DNA of 40,087 nt from a virus (taxonomy: Duplodnaviria > Caudoviricetes), in the IMG/VR virus record IMGVR_UViG_3300048886_001026, positions 1 through 40,087 of that record; one strand, written 5' to 3'. Under the pieces are notes generated by a model. It searched no databases and was not told the origin of the DNA. It saw only the letters and a list, made by a program, of their open reading frames with translations. Positions 27,801 through 37,190 of this stretch are shown here, piece by piece. The position numbers and the translations under genes were made by a program. The number at the start of each line of letters is the position of its first letter. The stretch's first letter is position 1.

Positions 27801-29762
27801 GGCCCACAGGGTGATGAGGGTCCGCAAGGTATTCAAGGACCCCAGGGTGTCAAGGGTGACCAGGGTGATCCTGGCGCAGACGGCCTGGACGGTGCGGATG
27901 GCGCCCAGGGCCCGAAAGGTGACACTGGCGACACAGGTGCGACGGGCGCCACAGGACCCCAGGGTCCGCAGGGTGATCCCGGCGCGGACGGCGCAGATGG
28001 CCTTGACGGCGCCCAGGGGCCCCAAGGTGACGAAGGACCCCAAGGCCCACAGGGTGTGAAGGGTGACACAGGCGACACGGGTGACACCGGAGCACAGGGC
28101 CCGCAAGGTATCCAAGGCCCTGCCGGTAACGATGGCGCAGACGGTGCTGATGGCGCGCAAGGTCCACAAGGTCCTGCAGGCCCCACTGCGGTGTCTACGG
28201 ACGCAGGTAACCTCGCAACGCTGGGTGGCGACTCGCTGATCTACGTCAGCAACCATATTGTGTCTGCCTCCAACGAAGCCAAAGGGGGCATGCTCGCCTC
28301 TGGCTTCAACGCCACCAACTGGAATGATCCCGGTGTTGAGGTGCTTTATTCTGGAGGTGTTGGCTACGTACAGGCATACGACCGGGGAAATCCCGGCTAC
28401 CTGCCTATGAACGTACACGCCAGCGCATTGGATGTGCGCTCACAAACCGACACCATAACCATAGCAAGTGCGTTGGACACCAACCACTTCGCCCATGGTA
28501 ACTTGCGAATGGTTGCGGGCGTCAACAGCACTGTGTTCCACGGTACAGACGGCGGCGAGCCTGTTCAGATCATAGCGGAGGCAGGCGCGTTTAACCTTGG
28601 GCTTCGCGGACGCGCCTCTGATAACATCTCTCAGTTACGTTTCCTCGACAACGCCAACACCGCCCGCTACGGCCTGATGCAGGTAGGGCCGACCCAGTTC
28701 TACATGGGCGCGGACTCCAACACCTTGCTGTTAGGCGCAGGTGGCGCGGGGCGTGTCACCATCACCAACGTATTGACTACGGTTGATACCCCGTTGACGG
28801 CGGCTCAAGGGCTGACCATCAACGCCGGGTATAAGCTAAACTTCGGTAACCACGCCCCGGTAGTGGGGGCAACAACCACCCATATAAACCTGTACAACAA
28901 CCAGTACGGCTTCAGCGTGGACGCCACTGGATCACTGGTCCACCAAACGGGGGCCAATCACTGGTTCCAAGTGAATGGCGGCGTAGTTGCCCAGATTAAC
29001 CAGCACGGCATGGGTGTGTGGACCGGCGTGGCCGACCCCATCTGGGGCTTCTACATGAACGGCAAGCGCAGCCGTATTGAATCTCCTGACGCCTACGCGC
29101 TGTACATCGCCAACTCCTCGGTGCCCTCTGGTGCGTACATCGGCAGCAACGCGGTGGACACGCTGATCACTGCCCAAGGCAGCGGCGCGGTAATGACCTC
29201 AAACGGACCCACTGCACACTACTGGTATATCTCAGGTGTCGCGTACATGGGCTTCGACTCAGGGGCGCGTTTAAACATCGGCAACGCGTTCTCCTCCTTG
29301 GGCGGGCGCCGTCTTGAGGTAACCGGCACTAGCGCCACGGACAGTGCTGTGGCGATTCGTAACAGCCAGAACCCGGTCGGACAGTTCTGGAAGGCGGGCG
29401 TATCCAATGCCAACGCCTACGTGGTTTCCAACCACAACGCCACCGGCGTGTACATCGTTGATGGCGGTACCTCTTGGGTGGCCACTTCCGACCGCCGCCT
29501 CAAGACAGACCTGCGTAGAATCACGGATGCACTGGAGAAAGTGAAGGGCATCCACGGCTACATTGGCCGGTACAAGACCGATGCCCCGGGCACTGAGCGC
29601 GCGTTTGTGATCGCCCAGGACGTGGTGGAGCACTTTCACTACGCGGTCGATCAGACGGACCCAGACAGCCTGGGCGTTGCTAAGGAAGATTTGATACCAT
29701 TGTTGCTATCAGCGGTATCAGAGCTGAGTGACGAGATCGAACAATTAAGGAGCTGTGGATGA
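24855..29762 (+). CDS. Long collagen-like tail fibre with C-terminal S74-type intramolecular chaperone (1635 aa)
   Basis: ATG at 24855 with GGAG SD; G-X-Y tracts; [12 protein letters not shown] linker; TSDRRLK autocleavage motif and terminal coiled coil. Confidence 0.92.
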   Translation: MAARFDQIVSLISAMLQEDQSAIQLYRAQHATPQDLEAMRFWAQGEFNRIQNGFASTDTAVKLLANTLKAFIDAIDELLDGDGLTGPAGPAGPQGPAGPAGPAGADGKDGKDGDVGDLIDDNRTLHGKTWSSYKINQMIAAVTAQLAEHASRPDAHHSQEHALFGPDHPDVDISAALTLRDGLFYNGSQLEPGRRLNFIRPYVVGAQYERDDVVFDDTWTMVANKTTTERAAPQADGSPTWLLEESPTWNTDDHLGVVHAGFDIAFTESGWFRGLRVWVPEIDPDTVYRVVVANITDPDNPTFTTIDDPIIEDAGEWEILVLDNVIVSAGSTYRIYLEALTSSASTQVTGEWIYGGDDKNDPNPFTSELWLREKDKSIRVSQFDDTGTDRHADLLAITAGTTVVAYESADTDNFREYRINTAPEYNGTGPGDTNGYFVWDDLDKITDGGGGNNLPDGDAGIITTLTFTIPTPELTDYVSLTDYWLTNQPVFGTVQGWLRLSGARGLNNTNDAYGIDLKFERVTLPEDWDLLAYSGGGSGGGGGGTEPIDHSLNFHADVELLNVVANNILRHDGTMWRNEPSPVPPGGTTGQVLAKQDGDDFNTEWVDPDTGPQGPEGPQGPEGPQGPQGIQGEKGDQGDQGIQGIQGPQGDPGADGEDGATGPQGPQGDTGATGPQGPQGDPGLDGADGADGATGPQGPKGDTGDTGAQGPQGVKGDTGDTGPQGIQGPQGDPGLDGADGADGATGPQGDTGPQGPQGVKGDTGDTGPQGPQGIQGIQGDPGADGADGLDGAQGPQGDEGPQGPQGVKGDTGDTGPQGIQGPAGADGLDGADGAQGPKGDTGDTGAVGPQGPQGDPGLDGDDGAQGPQGIQGEKGDTGDTGATGATGPQGPQGDEGPQGIQGIQGPQGDTGATGPAGADGTDGATGPKGDKGDTGDQGPQGLPGNDGADGATGPKGDTGDEGPQGPQGIQGPAGDDGATGPQGPQGDEGPQGIQGPQGVKGDQGDPGADGLDGADGAQGPKGDTGDTGATGATGPQGPQGDPGADGADGLDGAQGPQGDEGPQGPQGVKGDTGDTGDTGAQGPQGIQGPAGNDGADGADGAQGPQGPAGPTAVSTDAGNLATLGGDSLIYVSNHIVSASNEAKGGMLASGFNATNWNDPGVEVLYSGGVGYVQAYDRGNPGYLPMNVHASALDVRSQTDTITIASALDTNHFAHGNLRMVAGVNSTVFHGTDGGEPVQIIAEAGAFNLGLRGRASDNISQLRFLDNANTARYGLMQVGPTQFYMGADSNTLLLGAGGAGRVTITNVLTTVDTPLTAAQGLTINAGYKLNFGNHAPVVGATTTHINLYNNQYGFSVDATGSLVHQTGANHWFQVNGGVVAQINQHGMGVWTGVADPIWGFYMNGKRSRIESPDAYALYIANSSVPSGAYIGSNAVDTLITAQGSGAVMTSNGPTAHYWYISGVAYMGFDSGARLNIGNAFSSLGGRRLEVTGTSATDSAVAIRNSQNPVGQFWKAGVSNANAYVVSNHNATGVYIVDGGTSWVATSDRRLKTDLRRITDALEKVKGIHGYIGRYKTDAPGTERAFVIAQDVVEHFHYAVDQTDPDSLGVAKEDLIPLLLSAVSELSDEIEQLRSCG
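26685..28187 (+). repeat. Collagen-coding 9-bp-period repeat tract (167 G-X-Y triplets)
   Basis: 1503 bp, 501 aa, Gly at every third residue; internal block duplications such as ~27190-27295 vs ~27972-28077. Confidence 0.95.
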
Positions 29763-30070
29763 AAATTGTAGAACTGAAAACCCTGACTTGCGCAGGTGAA
29801 GAGCCTTTCGTTTACCAGAAGCACATGGTGGACATTATCTCAATGCCGGCCAACCCCGACGCCGGTCTGAACTACGACGAGATGTGCACCATCCAGCCGA
29901 TCCGCGAGAAGCTGCTCAACGCCAGTGGGGACAAAGTCCACCTGGAGGACGCCGAGCACGCGGAGCTGGTCAAGCGCATGAAGTCGGTGCGCCTGGGCGT
30001 GTACAACGAGCGCTTTGTGGCCATGATCAATGACACCATCAACGCTAAGGAGGCACCACAAGCCAAATGA
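29759..30070 (+). CDS. Hypothetical protein, possible fibre assembly chaperone
   Basis: ATGA coupling to the fibre gene; AAGGAG SD. Confidence 0.75.
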   Translation: MKIVELKTLTCAGEEPFVYQKHMVDIISMPANPDAGLNYDEMCTIQPIREKLLNASGDKVHLEDAEHAELVKRMKSVRLGVYNERFVAMINDTINAKEAPQAK

Positions 30071-30381
30071 GTGAGACAGTCGATATGGTCGAACGACACA
30101 CTAAAGTCGAAGAGATCACAATGAGGGCGGACGGCTCTGGCCAGTTCCGCGAGGTCTACACAATCAAGGACCCCGAGACGGGGGACACCCTGGTGACGTA
30201 CGACCAGTACTTCCAAGTCCCTTCTACGGACATGCCTCCGGTGCCGTCGCCCATGGGGGACGGCACGATCGACGGGACTAAATTCCGTGAGGAGTATCGA
30301 GCCAAGCGCAAAGAGCGCGAGGAAAAGGAAGAACGTGAACGCAGGAAGCGTGGCGAACGAACGCCGCGCAATTCTCGCTAA
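30067..30381 (+). CDS. Hypothetical protein (104 aa)
   Basis: AGGAGG SD, ATGA coupling; charged C-terminus. Confidence 0.75.
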   Translation: MSETVDMVERHTKVEEITMRADGSGQFREVYTIKDPETGDTLVTYDQYFQVPSTDMPPVPSPMGDGTIDGTKFREEYRAKRKEREEKEERERRKRGERTPRNSR

Positions 30382-30390
30382 GGCCTCGAC

Positions 30391-30783
30391 GTGACCGAAG
30401 AAGACATCGCGAATGCCAATAACAGAAAAGTTATCGCAATGCCTGAGCCCATTTTTTACATCATTCTTGCCTTGGTGGGAGGTGGTTCTAGCGGCGTTAC
30501 TACTGTGTTCGGCGAGCGTTCTGATACTTCTTTGGTTCAGGAGTGCGTATCGGCAGCACGTAGCACCATCGAAGTGGCTCGTGAGGCGATACAAAGTGAA
30601 GGAAGAAACAATAGAATCCTTGTGGACCACTCTTCAGAGATCGAAGGAAATAGAAGAGGCCTCCAGGATGTCAGAGGGGAGGCCTTCACCGTTAATGATG
30701 CGAATGAAATGCGGAACCGACAACGAGACGTTGATCATTTGCAGGACCAAAGACTCGACTACATCGAACAGCAGGTCAGGTGA
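30391..30783 (+). CDS. Membrane-anchored helical protein (i-spanin or holin-like candidate); start may be 30439
   Basis: Hydrophobic IFYIILALVGG segment followed by a helical domain containing one Cys. Confidence 0.6.
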   Translation: MTEEDIANANNRKVIAMPEPIFYIILALVGGGSSGVTTVFGERSDTSLVQECVSAARSTIEVAREAIQSEGRNNRILVDHSSEIEGNRRGLQDVRGEAFTVNDANEMRNRQRDVDHLQDQRLDYIEQQVR

Positions 30784-30935
30784 TGAAGATAACCGTATTC
30801 GCAAGTCTGCTTTTACTAGCTAGCTGCGTCGGGTACCACCGCGAGCGCACTGAGGCGGAAATCTGCCTTATCTGCGCCCGCGGTGCCATTGAGATAGAAA
30901 CGGAGATAGGACATGGAACAGATCGAACTAAGTAA
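30783..30935 (+). CDS. Small lipoprotein (50 aa; o-spanin candidate), not in ORF track
   Basis: Manual translation MKITVFASLLLLASC-VGYHRERTEAEICLICARGAIEIETEIGHGTDRTK; lipobox LASC; TGATG coupling. Confidence 0.7.
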   Translation: MKITVFASLLLLASCVGYHRERTEAEICLICARGAIEIETEIGHGTDRTK

Positions 30936-31287
30936 ATGCAACATCGACATGACCGACTGGGTGAACAACCCCGACGTCGAGTACTGCAGTGATGTGATCG
31001 GTGAGGGCGTCGGCCCTTACCATGTGCACAAAGAGGCGCTGCGCAAAGCGGAGCGCGACCACGACACCGAGGCGGCCGACGAGGCGCACAAGGGTATGGC
31101 GTTCTACAAGGCCCTGATGTTGGGCCCAGGCGGCGCCTGGAGCATGCAGGAACTGCGTCCGCCCTGGAGGGAAGAGGTGCAGCGCTGGACCGAGTGGAAG
31201 CGCGCCGACTTCATCCGCGACCGGGAGATGTACACCATGTACGTCCTGCAGCACGCAGACGAGTACAACGTGAAGGTGGTGTCGTGA
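30913..31287 (+). CDS. Hypothetical protein (124 aa)
   Basis: GGAG SD; codon style like the core genes. Confidence 0.75.
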   Translation: MEQIELSKCNIDMTDWVNNPDVEYCSDVIGEGVGPYHVHKEALRKAERDHDTEAADEAHKGMAFYKALMLGPGGAWSMQELRPPWREEVQRWTEWKRADFIRDREMYTMYVLQHADEYNVKVVS

Positions 31288-31442
31288 AGTTCATTCTGAT
31301 CGCGCTACTGGCGTGGCCCAACACTCAGATAGTCGGCACCGCCGACTATCCTGACCTGGAGCGCTGCGAACGCGGCGTGCGGATCATCCAGCGCGAACAC
31401 CCGAAGGCGACCGTGTTTTGCGTTGAGGTACCGATGCAATGA
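31284..31442 (+). CDS. Small hydrophobic or secreted protein with two Cys (52 aa)
   Basis: GTGA coupling; MKFILIALLAW...C...C. Confidence 0.6.
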   Translation: MKFILIALLAWPNTQIVGTADYPDLERCERGVRIIQREHPKATVFCVEVPMQ

Positions 31443-31642
31443 CGCTGCCCGTACCCCTCTTGGTCCTCGCCGTTATCATCGTGGTGATCCTGGGCATACT
31501 GCTGTACATGCTGATCCAGGAGACGGACCAGATGCACCACGAGATTATGATGAAGGACAGCCGCATTACCGGGCTGAACGAGGACCTGCAGAAAGCGAAG
31601 CAGGCGCTGGCAGAGGAGCGAATGACCAATGGCAGCCGTTGA
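31439..31642 (+). CDS. Single-TM coiled-coil protein (67 aa)
   Basis: N-terminal hydrophobic helix then heptad pattern; ATGA coupling. Confidence 0.7.
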   Translation: MTLPVPLLVLAVIIVVILGILLYMLIQETDQMHHEIMMKDSRITGLNEDLQKAKQALAEERMTNGSR

Positions 31643-32075
31643 CCCACTCACCGCCGGCCTGGAGTTAGGCCGCGCGCTGATCACCCGCATCTGGCCCGAT
31701 CCCGAGGTCCAGGCGACTAAGATGATCGAGCTCGAGGAGATCGCCCAGCGCGGCGATCTGGCCGAGCTCGAGGCGCACACCAAGCTGATGCTGGCCCAGG
31801 CCAACATCGCCCAGACTGAGGCGCAGCACCCCAGCCTCTGGGTGGCGGGCGGACGCCCCGCGATCATCTGGGTGGGCGCCTTCACACTTTTCTGGTCCGG
31901 TGTCATACACCCCATGTTGATGTGGGTGTGGGCGTTCTTCAACATGGCGGGCGATCCGCCGCCAATGATCGAGACGACCGCGATTGTCGGCATCGTGACC
32001 TCGCTCCTGGGTGTCGGCGCGCAGCGCAGCTACGACAAGACGCAGGGCACCCACACAACCAGGACAGACGGATGA
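31629..32075 (+). CDS. Holin, 3TM gene-transfer-agent type
   Basis: EAQHPSLWVAGGRPAIIW and LLGVGAQRSYDK signature; adjacent to the endolysin. Confidence 0.88.
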   Translation: MAAVDPLTAGLELGRALITRIWPDPEVQATKMIELEEIAQRGDLAELEAHTKLMLAQANIAQTEAQHPSLWVAGGRPAIIWVGAFTLFWSGVIHPMLMWVWAFFNMAGDPPPMIETTAIVGIVTSLLGVGAQRSYDKTQGTHTTRTDG

Positions 32076-32434
32076 CAAAACAACTCAGGCACTTCGACAT
32101 CTCTGAATTTGAGTGTCCGTGTTGCGGCGCTAGCGACATGGACTGGGAGACTCTGGAGATGTTCGACGATGCGCGGGAGCTGGCAGGCGTTCGCTTTGAC
32201 GTGAACAGTGGTTTCCGCTGCAAACGTTATAACACCCACCGGGGGTGGAGCGCCTCCAGCTCCCATCTTAAGGGCCTTGCCGCCGACATCAGCTGCCGGT
32301 CCAGCCGCGATCGCATGCTGATCGTCGGTGCGTTGGTGACCGCGGGCTTTCGTCGTGTCGGCATCGCGAAGACCTTCGTCCACGCGGACAACGATCACGC
32401 CAAAGACCAGGAGGTCCTATGGTTGTACGACTGA
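32072..32434 (+). CDS. Endolysin, peptidase M15A family (120 aa)
   Basis: HF..SEFECPCCG, NSGFRC, SSHLKGLAADI, FVHAD Zn-ligand motifs; ATG at 32072. Confidence 0.9.
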   Translation: MTKQLRHFDISEFECPCCGASDMDWETLEMFDDARELAGVRFDVNSGFRCKRYNTHRGWSASSSHLKGLAADISCRSSRDRMLIVGALVTAGFRRVGIAKTFVHADNDHAKDQEVLWLYD

Positions 32435-32901
32435 GCGCCAGCTACACCCTGGGCACCGCACTGCCGTCGCGGCGGAAGGTCGTGGACTTGGAGGACGCCG
32501 TGCGAGCGCAGCCGGGGTCTTTCGACTGGGAGGAAGCCGAAGAGGCCCTCAATGAGCACTACTTTGCCCCGGGCGTGTACGGGCGTATGATACACATGCC
32601 GGCGGGGCTTTGTGTCGTAGGGAAGATTCACAAGCACGCCCACCTGAATATCATCACCCGTGGTGTGGTCCGCGTGGTGACAGAGTTCGGCGAAGACACC
32701 TTCGTCGGGCCAAAAGTCTGGGTTAGTGAACCCGGTACCAAGAGAGCGGTGTACGTGATAGAGGACACCGACTGGATGACCGTCCACCACAACCCTTCCG
32801 ACACCCAGGACATCCGCGAGATCGAGTCCGAGGTGATCGCCCAAAGTTTCAGAGAATTTGACGCCCTACCAGGGCCTGGAGATAACAATGAGCTGGGTTA
32901 A
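32419..32901 (+). CDS. Cupin-like fold protein
   Basis: HYFAPGVYGRMIHMPAG, GKIHKHAH, PGTKRA, TVH motifs; AGGAGG SD. Confidence 0.75.
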   Translation: MVVRLSASYTLGTALPSRRKVVDLEDAVRAQPGSFDWEEAEEALNEHYFAPGVYGRMIHMPAGLCVVGKIHKHAHLNIITRGVVRVVTEFGEDTFVGPKVWVSEPGTKRAVYVIEDTDWMTVHHNPSDTQDIREIESEVIAQSFREFDALPGPGDNNELG

Positions 32902-33997
32902 TGCAGGAGTAGCAGTGGGCGGCGCCGTCTTGGGCGCTGCAGGATCGGGAGGCGGTACCGACCCGGTGCGCCCCATGGAGATGGTGCCAGAGTTCCTTCG
33001 CGATGATTACCGGCAGGCTGCCGGCAACATCATGGACCTGCAGACACCGGAGTACTTCGCCGGTAACACCGTCGCGGACATGAACCCGTACCTCTCTGGC
33101 GCGATCCAGGGAGCGGGCGACTGGGGCAACGGCCTGGGCGGCGACATGCTGAACCAAACCTGGGGCGCCGCACAGCAAGGCCTGGGTGCGATCGGCCAGG
33201 GCCTGGACTACATGCAGGGCATGCAGGAGCGCGGCCCCAATCAGTTCCAGTACGACCAGGGCACCTACGACCAGTCGTTCACCAACCTCACCGGCGGGCT
33301 CCAGAATCAGTTCGACCTGGGCGCGTTGCAGATGCAGCAAAACTTCGACTGGAACCAGCTCCCAGGCCTGAACATGCAGAACGCCCTGGGCGGTGGTCAG
33401 GGCAACACCAAGTTTGGCCAGCAAGGCGCGCTGGGTCAGGCGATGACCAACCAGAACATCGCCAACTTCGGCACGCAGCTGTGGACTAACGCGGCCAACC
33501 AAGCCAACCAGGGTGCGATGCAGGCCGGCATGCAGAACCTCAACAGCGCCAACATGCTGGATCAGAACATGATCCAGGGCTTCGGTCAGATGGGCCAGCT
33601 GGGCGGCAACCTCGCCGGCCGCGCCTTCGACATGGGCCTGGGCAACCTGAACCTGGGCCTGCAGGCAGGTCAGCTGCAGCAGGGCTACGACCAGAGCCTG
33701 ACCGACGCGGACGTCGCGCGCCACAACTTCGGCCAGCAAGCGCCGTGGATCGCGCAGCGCGAGCGGATGGACATGCTCAACAGCACCCGCAGCAACTACA
33801 CCCCAGGCACTCCAGGCATGTCTCCCTGGGAGGGTGCCATGCAGGGCGCCCAGGGTGCGCTGGGGCTGTACAACGGCATGCAAAACTCTGGCATGTTCGG
33901 CGGTGGCGGCAACAGCCCCTACCCCGCGCGGCCTAACGGTGGCTACGCCTGGGAGAACATGACCCAGGATCAGTTCCGCCAGTACCTGGGAGGCTAA
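32888..33997 (+). CDS. DNA ejection / pilot protein 1
   Basis: MSWVNAGVAVGGAVLGAAG N-terminus; G/Q/N/M-rich; P.FL motif; position after the tail genes. Confidence 0.75.
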   Translation: MSWVNAGVAVGGAVLGAAGSGGGTDPVRPMEMVPEFLRDDYRQAAGNIMDLQTPEYFAGNTVADMNPYLSGAIQGAGDWGNGLGGDMLNQTWGAAQQGLGAIGQGLDYMQGMQERGPNQFQYDQGTYDQSFTNLTGGLQNQFDLGALQMQQNFDWNQLPGLNMQNALGGGQGNTKFGQQGALGQAMTNQNIANFGTQLWTNAANQANQGAMQAGMQNLNSANMLDQNMIQGFGQMGQLGGNLAGRAFDMGLGNLNLGLQAGQLQQGYDQSLTDADVARHNFGQQAPWIAQRERMDMLNSTRSNYTPGTPGMSPWEGAMQGAQGALGLYNGMQNSGMFGGGGNSPYPARPNGGYAWENMTQDQFRQYLGG

Positions 33998-33998
33998 T

Positions 33999-35297
33999 AT
34001 GTTTGAGTTCGACCGTCCGCGGACTACCGGCGTCTTCGACGACCTGTTCGCCGATTCATTGCTAAACCCGGCGATGGAAGAACGCCGCCGGCAGATGCAA
34101 CCCTTTACGGCTGGCCAAGTGCGTCAGGCGGTGGCACCCATGCAGTCCCCGCTTGGGGTGCCGCAGGGTATGGCTATGCAGCCTACCCTACCTCCTGGCG
34201 CGCCCTCGTCACCAGCCGTTGCCCCTGGGGCGTCTCCACAGCCTACGTCCGCCCCAGGGGCCCCTACTCGATCTAACCTGGACCGGTTCCTTAGCAGCCC
34301 AGGCGCTGCGATGGGCTCCCAGGCGATCAACAACATGATGGCCCTGCGCCGGGGCGGCATGCCCCCGCAGACGCCCATGCAGGCCTACCAGGACGCCGTA
34401 GCGCGTGAGTCGACCCTGCGCCTGCGTGAGAAGGCAGACGCCCGTGCAGAGGCGCAGAATCAGCGCCAGCAGGAGACGCACGACACCGCGCTGGACCCGG
34501 CCTGGGAGTACAACGCACTGCGCGACGCGGGGCTCTTGCCTGATGACATGGATTTTGTGACCTACGAGAAGCAGTTCGGTAAGAAGTCCGCCAGCGACCC
34601 TGCAGCGTGGCGCGAGTGGGTTAATTTCAGCACGCTCAGCCCCGACCAGCAGAAGCAGTACCTGCAGCTGAAGCGGCAAAACCAGCTCGTGGATACCGGC
34701 GGCGACTCCGTCGGCATTCTCAACCCCGACGGATCGGTGCTGCGGGTGACGGACCCGGGCGAGATCGCGGCGCTGAACGAGTGGATGAAAATGCGCGAGT
34801 CTCGCGGCGAAGGCGTCGGCTCCGGTATCGCCAAGGTAGACAACGACTTCCGCAACATCGCCGACTCTGGCGGCTTCCTGGAGATGGAAGACTCCATCGA
34901 GAACACCCGGCGCCTGCTGGCCGACATCGCGGCGGGTAAGTACGACGATACCGGCCCCCTGATCGGCACACTAAACACGTTCTTCGGCAGTGAGCAGAAC
35001 GCGCGTCTGGCCCGCCAGACCATGATCGCGACACTGGAGAATCTGAAGCAAACCAACTTGGCGCCGGTGAGTAACGAAGAGATCAAGATGATCAAGGAGA
35101 TGTTCGCCAACGTCGACCGCACCCCAGAGCAGAACGCCGCGGTGCTGCAGGACGTGCTCGACATGATGGAGCGCAAGATGGCGATCGTGAATCGCAAGCG
35201 CGACTACTGGGAAAAGCACGAGACGTTGAGCGGCTTCGGCATTCGCCGCGACCGCCCGGACACTAAGACCGGCCCCGATCGCCCAGGTGGAGGTTAA
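33999..35297 (+). CDS. DNA ejection protein 2 (internal virion protein)
   Basis: Pro-rich N-terminus, helical C-terminus with TGPLIG and PVSNEE motifs; GGAGG SD. Confidence 0.7.
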   Translation: MFEFDRPRTTGVFDDLFADSLLNPAMEERRRQMQPFTAGQVRQAVAPMQSPLGVPQGMAMQPTLPPGAPSSPAVAPGASPQPTSAPGAPTRSNLDRFLSSPGAAMGSQAINNMMALRRGGMPPQTPMQAYQDAVARESTLRLREKADARAEAQNQRQQETHDTALDPAWEYNALRDAGLLPDDMDFVTYEKQFGKKSASDPAAWREWVNFSTLSPDQQKQYLQLKRQNQLVDTGGDSVGILNPDGSVLRVTDPGEIAALNEWMKMRESRGEGVGSGIAKVDNDFRNIADSGGFLEMEDSIENTRRLLADIAAGKYDDTGPLIGTLNTFFGSEQNARLARQTMIATLENLKQTNLAPVSNEEIKMIKEMFANVDRTPEQNAAVLQDVLDMMERKMAIVNRKRDYWEKHETLSGFGIRRDRPDTKTGPDRPGGG

Positions 35298-35299
35298 GC

Positions 35300-36805
35300 A
35301 TGAGAGAGCTCACCGTAGCGGAGTGGAAACAGGAGATTCAGTGGGCCCGCGACAACGGCCACGCTGACTACGAACAGCAGATCGTCGACGAAGTATTCGG
35401 CGGTGAGAACCCGGTAGCGGCACCAGAGCCCGCGGCGGCAGCGGCGCCAGAGCAGCAAACCGCGCCCCAGGACGACGGCTTCAGCTTCGACGAGATGGTG
35501 TCGAACATCCCCAGCTCCGCCGCCGGCGTAGCGGGCGACTTCTACAACGCGATCACCAACCCGATCGACACCGCCGCTGGCCTCGGTCAGGCGGTCCTGG
35601 GCGGCCTGCAGCACGCACGAGAGGCACTGCCCGAGGCACTCGCTGGCGCGGCTCCCAGGGCGCTCTCAGGCCCCGCGCGCAAGCTGGGGCAGACACTGCA
35701 GAACACGGCGCCCTTCGCCCTGCCTGCAGCTGCCAGCGCCCTGGGGCACGACTTCCGCCCCCAGGGTAGCGCCGTGGCTGACTTCTACGCTGACCGCTAC
35801 GGTGGCGTGGACAACGCACTGAACACCCTGGAGCAGGACCCCGTCGGTGCTGGCCTGGATGCCATGGGCCTGCTGGGCACCGCGGCGCCCAGGACGGCCG
35901 CCAGGATCAACCCGATCACCCGAGGTCTGGGCGGCGGTATGGAGCGGCTGGCAGAGAGCACGATGTCCTCCGCCACCAAGCTGCCCAAGACGCTGACCTC
36001 TCGCGAGTCGTCGCAGATGATCCGCGGCATGCTGGACCAGGGCGTCAACCCGTCGCCGCGTGGTGTCGCTAAACTCGAAAAAATTATCGACATGCAAGGC
36101 CGCAAGGTCGACGACATGATCGCGATCGCGAAACAGGGCGACCCGGTTCCGGTGCGGCAGGTCCTGGACCACCTGGACGAGCTACGCGCTGAGCGCGGTG
36201 GCTCCCTGGTCGACGGTGGTGAGTCGCTGCAGGCGATCGACGACATCGCCATAGGTATCGAGCTCAACGCCCAGCGCCTGGGCAAGACTACCCTGGACGC
36301 GAAGGACCTGCAGAAACTCAAGCGCGACCTCTACAACACGATCGCGTGGAACGCCAAGCGCCAGACAGCTGAAGTGCCCGTTGCCGAGGACACCCGCAAG
36401 GCTGTCGCGCGTGGCGCCCGTCGCGAGATCGAGCGCATGGTGCCCGAGATCGCCGGCGCCAACCGTCGCCTGGGCGACAACCTGGAGCTGAAGCCGCACC
36501 TGGAGCGCGCCTCGCGTCGGATCGAGGACCGCGACCTGTTCGGTATGGGCGACGCGATTGCGGCCGGCACAGGCGGCGCTGTGGGCTACATGACGGGCAG
36601 CCCGATCCTGGGCTCCGCTATATGGGGCATGCAGTCGCTGTTCAACAACCCCAAAATATCCCCTAACGTCGCCCAGGGCCTCTGGCGCGCCGGCGGTGCG
36701 CTGAACACTCCCAGCGGTAACGCGGCATCTGTCGCAGGGCCCCTGGTAGGGCGCGAGTACTACGCAGCGGAGCGTGGGCTCCTGGAGGAGGACGAGGATG
36801 GATAA
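35300..36805 (+). CDS. DNA ejection protein 3 (internal virion protein)
   Basis: Ala/Gly-rich helical protein; NIPSSA, DRYGG, DPVG motifs; hydrophobic glycine-rich segments. Confidence 0.7.
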   Translation: MRELTVAEWKQEIQWARDNGHADYEQQIVDEVFGGENPVAAPEPAAAAAPEQQTAPQDDGFSFDEMVSNIPSSAAGVAGDFYNAITNPIDTAAGLGQAVLGGLQHAREALPEALAGAAPRALSGPARKLGQTLQNTAPFALPAAASALGHDFRPQGSAVADFYADRYGGVDNALNTLEQDPVGAGLDAMGLLGTAAPRTAARINPITRGLGGGMERLAESTMSSATKLPKTLTSRESSQMIRGMLDQGVNPSPRGVAKLEKIIDMQGRKVDDMIAIAKQGDPVPVRQVLDHLDELRAERGGSLVDGGESLQAIDDIAIGIELNAQRLGKTTLDAKDLQKLKRDLYNTIAWNAKRQTAEVPVAEDTRKAVARGARREIERMVPEIAGANRRLGDNLELKPHLERASRRIEDRDLFGMGDAIAAGTGGAVGYMTGSPILGSAIWGMQSLFNNPKISPNVAQGLWRAGGALNTPSGNAASVAGPLVGREYYAAERGLLEEDEDG

Positions 36806-37190
36806 CGGTTACCTGTTCGACCCAGAAGACAGCTACACCGGAAAGGCCCTCAAAGGCGCCCTGGCGGCGCGAGAGCGTGAGCAGGCCCATGGCACCATCG
36901 CACCCCCGCGAAACCCCAGGGGACACGCTGCGGCGCTCGCAGCGGCTGATCTGGAGCGGGCCCTGTTCCCGTCCGGGCTTCCTGCCGGCGCCGACATGAT
37001 GGTGAACTACCCGGGCTTTGCCGGCGATCTGCTGGGCGAGTACGCCTACGACGGCATGACCCCAGGCCTGGGCCTGGAGGGTTTGATGATGGCGGCGCCC
37101 TGGTTGCGCACCGGCAACAAGATGATGCGCCGCGGAATGATCGCGTTCCCCAGGCTCTACGAGGAGGCTACCCGTAGTGAGCAGGACTAG
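36798..37190 (+). CDS. Hypothetical late protein (130 aa)
   Basis: ATG at 36798 with GGAGG/GAGG SD; overlaps both neighbours. Confidence 0.7.
   Translation: MDNGYLFDPEDSYTGKALKGALAAREREQAHGTIAPPRNPRGHAAALAAADLERALFPSGLPAGADMMVNYPGFAGDLLGEYAYDGMTPGLGLEGLMMAAPWLRTGNKMMRRGMIAFPRLYEEATRSEQD

Noticed and set aside
26685-28187. Repeat tract considered as a CRISPR array or DGR template/variable repeat
   Set aside because: No constant repeat with unique spacers, differences are synonymous rather than adenine-specific, and no reverse transcriptase is encoded
26454-28418. 654-aa minus-strand ORF and other alternative-frame ORFs over the collagen tract
   Set aside because: By-products of the 9-bp periodic repeat
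32419-32901. Cupin as a prolyl hydroxylase for the collagen fibre
   Set aside because: No HxD...H 2-oxoglutarate oxygenase signature is evident, and most collagen prolines here are in the X position
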